A stretch of DNA of 64,000 nucleotides, taken from a virus. Its lineage: Duplodnaviria; Caudoviricetes. Where the stretch lies: positions 104,790 to 168,789 of the IMG/VR virus record IMGVR_UViG_3300014202_000529. One strand, written 5' to 3'. Within the stretch, counting starts at the first letter, position 1. Each line of letters begins with the position of its first letter. Both the position numbers and the translations under genes were made by a program. The notes beneath the pieces are model-generated. The model had not been told where the DNA came from, made no database searches, and saw only the letters and a list, made by a program, of their open reading frames with translations. Shown here piece after piece: positions 1-7,708 of this stretch.

Positions 1-171
1 GTCATAAAATTTTTCATGATAAACTTTCTGTTTCTCTGGTGACTCTGCAATCACCATCTGATGTGATACCCTCTGACAAGCTTCACCCCAAGTTTCATCA
101 GGCAGAAATGCATATCGATCTTTGAAAATTTGCAAAGGAAACCCTATGGGTTGATACTTCGGCTCTTGCAT
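1..171 (-). CDS. Ribonucleotide reductase, probably class II (NrdJ-like); N-terminus only, truncated by the window edge
   Basis: Manual translation MQEPKYQPIGFPLQIFKDRYAFLPDETWGEACQRVSHQM... resembles the IF..RY...ETW.E...RV N-terminus of RNRs; it follows thyX. Confidence 0.6.
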   Translation of the reverse strand, partial: MQEPKYQPIGFPLQIFKDRYAFLPDETWGEACQRVSHQMVIAESPEKQKVYHEKFYD

Positions 172-189
172 GATGGTGCTACCCTTTCC

Positions 190-312
190 TTATTTTTTAC
201 CGCAAATGCGCTTCGAGTTCCTGTTGCACCAACAGCCTTTGGGGCATGGACATACATTCGGATTCTCATTGGCATGATTGCAGAAGATTGGTGAATCTGT
301 TTTCTTTTTCAT
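190..312 (-). CDS. Small Cys-rich peptide (40 aa)
   Basis: Manual translation MKKKTDSPIFCNHANENPNVCPCPKGCWCNRNSKRICGKK; ATG overlaps the thyX stop (TAATG). Confidence 0.6.
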   Translation of the reverse strand: MKKKTDSPIFCNHANENPNVCPCPKGCWCNRNSKRICGKK

Positions 313-1001
313 TACTTGTTATGTTCTTTCCATGCATTGATAGCTACTGGGGCAACCGGTTCAATGAGCTGCAACAGAGCTTCAGCATAAACGCGGATTT
401 CATATTGTGCATGACTATGCAACCTCAGTTTAAGAAAATGAAGAAGGTTATGCAAGTCCACTGATGCAAACATATGTGAGTATGTATTCAAACCAAGAAG
501 ACAGCGGGCAAGTTCTCTAGGAACGCCAGCTTCTAGATGCTTACGATATAAAGCAAATCCTTGCTGGGAATGCATCTGTAAATCATTGATGAATGCGACA
601 TCTTTCTGATTCAACCCTGCATTCTCTTCTAACACTCTCATCTGTTTATTGCTGGATGATTGGACACCAACATGTTCAACGGTGGGGATGTAAAATTCTT
701 CGGGGAGTTCTGAATAACGAGCAGACACTTCATTATAGGACCATGTTCTATGACGATGCCACTGCCGAAATACAAATATGGGAGCTTTGATTTCAAATGT
801 GAACTGAACACATTCGAGAGGGGAAGTGTGACGGTTTTTTATTAGATAATTGATGAGCTTTTCATCCTTACCCGCGTCTTCACCAGTTCTCCATTCTGCG
901 TTATAGCTGACGCGAGCAGACCGAACAATAGACAAATCGCTACCCATATGCTCAACCAATCTGACCACCCCATAATCTAATACCCTAATCCCATCACTCA
1001 T
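312..1001 (-). CDS. thyX: Flavin-dependent thymidylate synthase
   Basis: HTSPLE motif and RQWHRHRTWSYNEVSARY ThyX signature. Confidence 0.97.
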   Translation of the reverse strand: MSDGIRVLDYGVVRLVEHMGSDLSIVRSARVSYNAEWRTGEDAGKDEKLINYLIKNRHTSPLECVQFTFEIKAPIFVFRQWHRHRTWSYNEVSARYSELPEEFYIPTVEHVGVQSSSNKQMRVLEENAGLNQKDVAFINDLQMHSQQGFALYRKHLEAGVPRELARCLLGLNTYSHMFASVDLHNLLHFLKLRLHSHAQYEIRVYAEALLQLIEPVAPVAINAWKEHNK

Positions 1002-1011
1002 AACAAGCCTC

Positions 1012-2052
1012 CTATTTTGTTTTTTTCCAGAATGTTAAATGTGTTAGTGCAGCTAACCCACTATAAGTATTCTCTCTAATAATAGTTTGCAATTGCTCTG
1101 GGGTATGACACCCATGTGTCACCATCTTATTGACATCTTTATGTTCAATCCACTCGGGCCATATGCAAACCTTGTGACCCTCACGGATTGCTTTAGTGAT
1201 TTGATCTATATTTTCTTTGTTTCGAGGTTCATTATCAAACACCAGTGTGATATTTTTTGCCGACAATTGTTTGGCAACAAGAATGAGATTGGAGTCTCCC
1301 GATGCAACCGCATTATCTAGAAACAGGGAATCAAGAGGACCCTCAACAACCAGAACCGGCTCATCCTGGTTAACTCTATCTAATCCATAGATGAGTTTTC
1401 TCTCACTTACCTCAACCCTTATCGTTATATATCTAAGAGCATTCTGTTTACCTTGAAGGTCTCGACCACTAATCGCAACAACTGCTCCATATGCGTCATA
1501 ATAAGGAATAACTAAACGCGGATCTTTGGTTACTTCCTTGCCATGAAGAGGAGCAACCTCATCAGCAAAATCCTTAAACGAAGGCGCAAAGTATAACCTA
1601 TTCCAGTATTTCTGTGGGATTTTCCTCTCTCTGACATACGACCGGCAAAAATGAAGCTCTGGTAGATCAATAATCTTTTCAGCATGTTCATAGATAACCT
1701 GATCAACCTTTCCAAATCTAACTGGTGTCTGGTTAAACTGCCCATGTTTTCCGACTGCTACCTTAAATAATCCTGGTCGCTTCTCCTTTAACAGCTCAAG
1801 TGTCCATTCTCTGTGGAGTTCTGTGTTCATCTGTTTGAGAAGATTACCAAACCCCATACTACAATTGCAGTTATGACATTTGTATGCCAAGCTATCCTGA
1901 ACTCGATAAATGTATCCTCTCATTCTGGTTTTCTTCGTCTGCGAGTCACCACATATTGGGCATCTCACATTGAAGAGGTAATCAGATTTCCTAACGAATC
2001 TTTCAAAATGATTCGATAACAAGTTTACATATTTTAAATCTAGGTATAGCAT
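1012..2052 (-). CDS. gp61: DNA primase (T4 gp61-like)
   Basis: Zn ribbon RCPICGDS...CHNC; TOPRIM VEGPLDSLF, FDNEPRN. Confidence 0.95.
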   Translation of the reverse strand: MLYLDLKYVNLLSNHFERFVRKSDYLFNVRCPICGDSQTKKTRMRGYIYRVQDSLAYKCHNCNCSMGFGNLLKQMNTELHREWTLELLKEKRPGLFKVAVGKHGQFNQTPVRFGKVDQVIYEHAEKIIDLPELHFCRSYVRERKIPQKYWNRLYFAPSFKDFADEVAPLHGKEVTKDPRLVIPYYDAYGAVVAISGRDLQGKQNALRYITIRVEVSERKLIYGLDRVNQDEPVLVVEGPLDSLFLDNAVASGDSNLILVAKQLSAKNITLVFDNEPRNKENIDQITKAIREGHKVCIWPEWIEHKDVNKMVTHGCHTPEQLQTIIRENTYSGLAALTHLTFWKKTK

Positions 2053-2060
2053 AGACGAAT

Positions 2061-2089
2061 ATTATACACAGGACATAACAAAAACTCAA
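2061..2089 (-). promoter_or_regulatory. sigma70-type promoter for primase (near-leaderless transcript)
   Basis: TTGAGT-N17-TATAAT on the minus strand; -10 box ends 8 nt before the ATG. Confidence 0.6.
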
Positions 2090-2092
2090 TAC

Positions 2093-2605
2093 TTAATTTG
2101 CACTGAACAACTGCAACAGAACCTTTACGTTTATATGTTCAATGATCCATGATAGGATAACGGCAAGGGTAATAAGAAAATACTTCCACCTATCCAAATC
2201 TTTCAGTATATCTGTAACTTTCCTAGACCTGACTGACTCCCCATCAATCTTATGGGAATATGTACCGAACGCATCCCTTCTGAGGGTTTCCATTTTACCA
2301 TACAACTCAGTCTTCAGTCCATCAAGTTTGTCTTGTGTCGCTCTGCTTTCTGTTGTTATCCTAGAATGCAAATCCTTGATATCATCATCCATATCCTCTT
2401 CGATCTTGTCATGCGTCTCATGCTTTTCCTCATGAATCGCAAGCATTCTCAAGAGATTAGTATTAACTTCCTGAATCTTTTCAATACCTTCGGTCAATTT
2501 GTCAATAACTTTCTCCTGAGTCTTTACCTCAGTTTTGACAACTTGGACCTCTAGCTTAAGATCATGAAATCCTTCTTTGCAATCCGGTAGAACCTCGCCA
2601 CTCAT
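2093..2605 (-). CDS. Coiled-coil protein with C-terminal transmembrane segment (possible lysis accessory)
   Basis: Heptad-like helical body, then hydrophobic RWKYFLITLAVILSWII. Confidence 0.6.
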   Translation of the reverse strand: MSGEVLPDCKEGFHDLKLEVQVVKTEVKTQEKVIDKLTEGIEKIQEVNTNLLRMLAIHEEKHETHDKIEEDMDDDIKDLHSRITTESRATQDKLDGLKTELYGKMETLRRDAFGTYSHKIDGESVRSRKVTDILKDLDRWKYFLITLAVILSWIIEHINVKVLLQLFSAN

Positions 2606-2607
2606 GA

Positions 2608-3147
2608 TTATCCCCTATCCTTATCGCGGGGATACCTAACCTCGTCTTTCGCCCTGGACCCTGCAGAAGAACCAAAGTAATAACCAAGCACAAGACCCAA
2701 AGCGGCATCTAACATACCAAGTGAACGGAGCACAAAGTCTTTCATTGTAGGATCAATGGTACTAGTGAGCAGATCGACTTGAACAAAGATATACAACCCA
2801 ACCACACATGCAGCTAGAACCTTTGGAGTGTGGTCTTTTACTTGGATCTCTCGTTGACGAGCAGAATCCCGGTCCTGGGCATAGATTTTCTCAATATCTA
2901 TGTCAAGTTTCTTCATTTCAACTTTAAACTCTTGCTCTGCTTTCTTAATTGCTAATAGCTGTTCTGGTGTTGCACCAAGTATTGCCTGCTCCAACTCCTC
3001 TTTTGATGCATCTGGTGACATACCAAGCGCACCAATAAGTTTCTGTGTTGCAAGACCTGCCAATGGACCACCAAACGCGGATGCAACTGTTGGGGCAACT
3101 GTTGCGAGCAACCCACCTGCTTCTTTGAAAAAATCTCCCATGCCCAT
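2608..3147 (-). CDS. Membrane protein, holin-like (3TM holin type)
   Basis: N-terminal APTVASAFGGPLAG, DRDSARQRE, two hydrophobic helices, GYYFGSS motif. Confidence 0.6.
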   Translation of the reverse strand: MGMGDFFKEAGGLLATVAPTVASAFGGPLAGLATQKLIGALGMSPDASKEELEQAILGATPEQLLAIKKAEQEFKVEMKKLDIDIEKIYAQDRDSARQREIQVKDHTPKVLAACVVGLYIFVQVDLLTSTIDPTMKDFVLRSLGMLDAALGLVLGYYFGSSAGSRAKDEVRYPRDKDRG

Positions 3148-3156
3148 GACTGCCTC

Positions 3157-4026
3157 CTACTTTAACCCTTGTCTTAATTGTTCTAATGTCTTTCTCTTTA
3201 ACACCTGTGGCTTATTCTTCTTACTAGGATGTATACCAGGTTCACCCTTTGGTCCAAACCCCATTCCTTCGACTGCACCAGACCCAACAGAATTCACTGG
3301 AGCTTCCTCATTTTTGAGGGTTTGATGATATTCTGGTGTGTTTTCCTTTTTCATCTTTTCCCGTAAAACATTAATCTGTTGCTGAATTTCTTTTTGCTTG
3401 GGTGATGAAGGGAATGCTCTCAGTGCCATATTCTGCAATTTAAGTAGCTTGAGAGAATCAGAATCGGTACTCTTTACCCCCTCTTCAGCAAGTTCAACAT
3501 GAGAAGTGGGTCTCATTGGATCGCTACTCAATCCACCCTCTTGATATGAGGGCGCTTGAAATCTGTCCACAGTGACACCAGAGTTCTCTAATGATCCCTG
3601 TGCCGCACCAGGATTGCCCATATCTTCTAAGGTGTCATCAGATTCAATGTCTGTTGCATCATACAATTCTGGATGTAATTTATTATACTCCCTCATGATC
3701 ATTCCAGCTATCGCATTCGCCTCATACTCCAACTCTTCCAATGAACACTCCGGTTGACCATGAAGATGCTGTGATTCATGGACTAGTTCATGAGCAAGAG
3801 TCCTAAGAATATCCGCAATATGTCTACCATCTGTTGCAATGGTGATAACTTTTGTACTGATGTGATAGTTACCGAATGAGGAGCTACCAGTCTTCGACAC
3901 CAATTTAATTGGTGGACAATCGTTGATTCCTAGTTTTTGGCAGGCAAAGTATGAGAAGTGTTGTATGTAGTCTTGAAGAATGTGTCCATTAGATTCAATC
4001 AGAAGTGGTTTCATTATCCGTACCAT
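3157..4026 (-). CDS. Modular protein with zincin HExxH metallopeptidase-like domain; probable head-internal protein
   Basis: LRTLAHELVHESQH...EYEANAIAG; modules separated by LIE, LAEE, KNEE. Confidence 0.6.
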   Translation of the reverse strand: MVRIMKPLLIESNGHILQDYIQHFSYFACQKLGINDCPPIKLVSKTGSSSFGNYHISTKVITIATDGRHIADILRTLAHELVHESQHLHGQPECSLEELEYEANAIAGMIMREYNKLHPELYDATDIESDDTLEDMGNPGAAQGSLENSGVTVDRFQAPSYQEGGLSSDPMRPTSHVELAEEGVKSTDSDSLKLLKLQNMALRAFPSSPKQKEIQQQINVLREKMKKENTPEYHQTLKNEEAPVNSVGSGAVEGMGFGPKGEPGIHPSKKNKPQVLKRKTLEQLRQGLK

Positions 4027-4420
4027 TAACCTTGATCTTTTTTAGTGCTTCTATGATGGTGTTATCAAGTTCGATATCATTAGAGAGTATCGTCTTTCCC
4101 TGAATCCCATGCACCGCAACTGGCATATAGTTCAGAAAAGACAAAAATGTTTTGAGTATCCTATAATCATCTGGACGTATATGGTAAAACAACAATCGAG
4201 TGGCTGCCGGTACACCAAATAGGTTGTAAACGATAATCAAATGATTGAGGATGAGTCTTTCCCTCAATTCACCATATTGTGTGTAGCGACGAAACAACCG
4301 ACGAAGATAGCTAAAATGCTTCATGTCATCGGCAAGTTCACTTCGTACATATGCTGGTTTATCATATGCCTTAACGGCATATATCATAACCGTTTCAGGC
4401 GTCAAATTCAAAGTTTGCAT
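3995..4420 (-). CDS. Conserved T4-like phage hypothetical protein
   Basis: YLRRLFRRY...ELRERLILNHLIIVYNLFG, a motif typical of T4-like myophages. Confidence 0.75.
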   Translation of the reverse strand: MQTLNLTPETVMIYAVKAYDKPAYVRSELADDMKHFSYLRRLFRRYTQYGELRERLILNHLIIVYNLFGVPAATRLLFYHIRPDDYRILKTFLSFLNYMPVAVHGIQGKTILSNDIELDNTIIEALKKIKVNGTDNETTSD

Positions 4421-4815
4421 TATTCATCTTCATTAAAAAGTTCTTCTAATTCCTCTTCTGTCATTACCTCTGAAAGAATTTCGGTACCTCTTAGATCTGT
4501 TGGACCATGACCAAAATAAAAATAGACCCCCTCATCACCCTCATGAAGTAGAATAGAAATGATACGTTCATCGGAAGGGTACATCATACCCAATTCATCA
4601 AAGTGAGGTAGTGTGTATCCAGCTTCAGAGAAGAGACCGCGTATCTCAGCGTATGCCATACCAGGATGGTTAGCATCAATGGTGACATCATCGAGTAGAG
4701 AATTAAAATCATCGCGGGCGTCTGCATCATGGAAGTTCACCGCATGTGATGAACCAACAACGAGGAGATTGGCGACAACCTCCCCGTCATTCATATCATG
4801 TGATGTGCTATCCAT
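4420..4815 (-). CDS. Acidic hypothetical protein
   Basis: 131-aa ORF coupled to both neighbours by TAATG overlaps. Confidence 0.7.
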   Translation of the reverse strand: MDSTSHDMNDGEVVANLLVVGSSHAVNFHDADARDDFNSLLDDVTIDANHPGMAYAEIRGLFSEAGYTLPHFDELGMMYPSDERIISILLHEGDEGVYFYFGHGPTDLRGTEILSEVMTEEELEELFNEDE

Positions 4816-5384
4816 TATGCACCGAATACTGAGTCATCATCTGAATCGGCTGCAATGTTTCCGCTTGCGAGAATGGTTTCATAAGTGATACGACCTGCGC
4901 GACCACCCATGACAACACTAAACACTGCTGCTTCGTCGTATGTGGTATTCGCATTTGCCGTAACTGCTCTTGTGTTGAAACTGTTACCAGAGTTATTGAG
5001 CACAACGTTAGCAACGTTCCCTGTGTCGTTCACATAGTATGTTGCATTTGCGCCGACTCCACTGCCAACACTACCAAACTCAATGAACCCAACTTCTGAG
5101 GGGGTATACCCAGCACCACCACTAACAACATCGATACGCTGCACGCCTCCGGTGTGTTGTGTGCGCAAGACCCAACCTGCATGTGTTGTGTTCGCTCCTT
5201 CTCTTGTTGTATTCTGTGCTTCACCAGAAGAGATACCGAAAACTCCTAGTGCAACACCAGTCTTGAAGGCATGAACCTGTGTGTTGTTATAAAGAACTCT
5301 GCCGTTAGCCGACACTCCCAATCCACCAGCCACAGCGTACTTTGGTGCACTCGTGTTTGCGTCTGTAGTATTCCACAATGACAT
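4815..5384 (-). CDS. Probable virion structural protein, G/N/T-rich
   Basis: MSLW...HAGWV...GGRAGRITYETI pattern of T4-like virion proteins; GGAGYT beta-repeat; SD AGGAG. Confidence 0.7.
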   Translation of the reverse strand: MSLWNTTDANTSAPKYAVAGGLGVSANGRVLYNNTQVHAFKTGVALGVFGISSGEAQNTTREGANTTHAGWVLRTQHTGGVQRIDVVSGGAGYTPSEVGFIEFGSVGSGVGANATYYVNDTGNVANVVLNNSGNSFNTRAVTANANTTYDEAAVFSVVMGGRAGRITYETILASGNIAADSDDDSVFGA

Positions 5385-5405
5385 TTCAGTCTCTCCTTTT
5401 AGATG

Positions 5406-5909
5406 TTAATAGTATCCTAATTCTTTCAATCTCAAAATAGTCACTTTGGCGCTTACATGGTGAATACCAATTCCGCCTGCTGACTCAAACTCTTCTATAT
5501 TGTGTGGATGATCGTCTATGAGTATATTTCTTATATTTCCATTGACTGCGAATAACTGTTTGTCTCTTCTGTGAACGACATGGATACGTGATTTTGGAAG
5601 TGAAGGAATATGCCTTCGATACCATTCTTGTTTCCCCCGTTCTACTTCGGAAAAGTTATGATCCCATCCAGGAACGGCTGTCAAGATATGGGGGGAATAC
5701 TTCTCAATGTGCCCCCAATACAGTTTCCAATCTCTCATAGGGGGTATGGTTTCCCAAAATTCCTCATGTCTATTGAGGATTAACCCCTGCTCATGCTCAC
5801 TCAGCTCATGGCTCCACTTCCTACCTAGGACCTTTTCTGCTTGAGCATAAAAATCACAGATAACACCATCAGAATCACTATAAATTATAGCTTTAGGGTC
5901 CCTTAGCAT
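5406..5909 (-). CDS. HAD-family 5'(3')-deoxyribonucleotidase-like protein
   Basis: DSDGVICDF motif I and ILIDD...NIEEF..AGGIGIHH. Confidence 0.85.
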   Translation of the reverse strand: MLRDPKAIIYSDSDGVICDFYAQAEKVLGRKWSHELSEHEQGLILNRHEEFWETIPPMRDWKLYWGHIEKYSPHILTAVPGWDHNFSEVERGKQEWYRRHIPSLPKSRIHVVHRRDKQLFAVNGNIRNILIDDHPHNIEEFESAGGIGIHHVSAKVTILRLKELGYY

Positions 5910-5920
5910 ATTTATGGTTT

Positions 5921-6589
5921 TTAACCTTTCGTGTAAGCTGTAGTAAGTGGTGTCACAACAGGATCTTTCTGAAACCTATCCTCTGGTCCAGGACCCTTAA
6001 CTTCAATTTTCTCACCGTTACCCTTTTGATCCTTTGAAGGACTTTTCTTCTTCTTTGCTTCCTTGAACGCTTCCTGCACTACCTCTCTATTAATGCCAGT
6101 ATGCTTACGTTCCGATAGTGGGAGGTGGGGTTGTATCTCGTTCGGATGTACAACTGCAGACCCCAAACGATACTTGACTGCTGTTGTCGGTATTCCCTTT
6201 GGACGGATATTTATCTGACCGTTTCCATGTAGGTGGACAACCTCATGTGGTACGCCAACATGGGGCCCCTTATCCGGGACAACCACATCACCCACCTTGA
6301 ACCCACCATCCTCATTGAATGCCACATTAAACGCTTCTTGAATCTTCTTATTGGACGCTTTTATGAGCTGCTTTCCACCTTTCTTTCGAAACGCAATAAT
6401 GGACGCAGCATCATTGACCTGATCCGCATACTTACCTGCAGCTTTCTGGTCATGGGTACCAATAGCAGTCATCGCCTCATGAGCATCCTTTGCGATGTAA
6501 TGCAACTCCGCATCACTCTTATAGTGATAATCATGTCCCTTTAGAGGAGTGTGCAACCTAGCTTCCTTAATCTGTTTATACTTTTTCAT
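5921..6589 (-). CDS. Basic, His-rich modular hypothetical protein (probable head-internal protein)
   Basis: N-terminal MKKYKQIKE; internal IQE, LSE, VQE; KOW/SH3-like GFKVGDVV module. Confidence 0.65.
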   Translation of the reverse strand: MKKYKQIKEARLHTPLKGHDYHYKSDAELHYIAKDAHEAMTAIGTHDQKAAGKYADQVNDAASIIAFRKKGGKQLIKASNKKIQEAFNVAFNEDGGFKVGDVVVPDKGPHVGVPHEVVHLHGNGQINIRPKGIPTTAVKYRLGSAVVHPNEIQPHLPLSERKHTGINREVVQEAFKEAKKKKSPSKDQKGNGEKIEVKGPGPEDRFQKDPVVTPLTTAYTKG

Positions 6590-6598
6590 GTGGTCCCC

Positions 6599-7708
6599 TT
6601 ATGACTTCTCTTCTTTTACTCCTGCAGCATCAAAGAAACGCTTCTTATCGAAACGTGGGTTAGCTTTAGTGAAAATCTCGGAGTGATGTGATGCTAACTC
6701 ATGTCGTTTCTTTGGATCTGGGTGTGACTTAATGATATCTGCAACCTGTCTGAAATGGCGACGAGTGAATGCAGCTTCCTTAATTAGCTCTTTTACAATT
6801 GAGAGAGTTGACCCCTCTTCATTTGTTAGTTTCTTTGTTGCCATATTAACCCCCTTTGCCCTCTTTAATGACTTTTTCATTTGTGATTTTGCTAAAAGAC
6901 TTGACCCCAAACGGACACCACTATCTGACGATTTCGATGCCGTCATGGACAAATCATGTGAGGTTTTTGCATGCTTTGCTGCAGCATCCCCAGCTTTTGC
7001 CACGTATGAGCGAAGTGTGGACTTGTTCAGCTCGTCAATCTGCACACTCTCATCAACTGCAGTATGGGTGACCTGCTTTCTACCATCTGGGGTATCCTTC
7101 TCTGCTATTTTTGCATGAACCAAATGATGTTTGCTTTTTGGTGTGTTTGCCTTTTTACGAATTTGTGTGACTGCAGAATAAAGAGAATCGGCTTCAACCT
7201 CATGCCGAGTTCCCTTATGATCAAACCCAACAAAACCATGTTCATTTAAGGAGTGTTCATGATCATGTATCTGCTTTTTCGTCCACCCCATTTTTGCAAG
7301 GTGTGCTCTCGCTTCATCTTTGCTCATACCACCAGCAACCGCTGCTGCAGCATCATGCATGCGCAAAGTCTGTCTAGCAACATGAGTCTGGTGACGGTGA
7401 AACACATCACCAACCATTGGTCTACCTTCTTCTAGGGTGTCTTGTGAACTAGAGTTTTTGTTTTCTTCATGCATATTTCCACCATGAACCTTTTTTATAT
7501 GTGAATGAACGGCATCAATTTCCTGCTTAGAGAAATCTGGATTGTGTTTAGCAACATGCTCCCTAGATGTGATGGTCTCATCGCTGTGAGCCTTATGGTA
7601 GTTTGTTGCGTAGATGTCAACCTTACCATGAGGGACAACAAACGTTTTACCATTAATTTTTCCAGTATACTGGTGTGAACCTTTGAATGCATCGGTGATA
7701 TGTGACAT
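6599..7708 (-). CDS. Basic, His-rich modular hypothetical protein (probable head-internal polyprotein)
   Basis: Short modules separated by LEE, LNE, VDE/IDE, IKE; includes IDELNKSTLRSYVAKA. Confidence 0.65.
   Translation of the reverse strand: MSHITDAFKGSHQYTGKINGKTFVVPHGKVDIYATNYHKAHSDETITSREHVAKHNPDFSKQEIDAVHSHIKKVHGGNMHEENKNSSSQDTLEEGRPMVGDVFHRHQTHVARQTLRMHDAAAAVAGGMSKDEARAHLAKMGWTKKQIHDHEHSLNEHGFVGFDHKGTRHEVEADSLYSAVTQIRKKANTPKSKHHLVHAKIAEKDTPDGRKQVTHTAVDESVQIDELNKSTLRSYVAKAGDAAAKHAKTSHDLSMTASKSSDSGVRLGSSLLAKSQMKKSLKRAKGVNMATKKLTNEEGSTLSIVKELIKEAAFTRRHFRQVADIIKSHPDPKKRHELASHHSEIFTKANPRFDKKRFFDAAGVKEEKS

Noticed and set aside
5909-5916. CATAAATA late-promoter-like box
   Set aside because: It overlaps the ATG of the nucleotidase gene, so it cannot serve that gene; left uncalled
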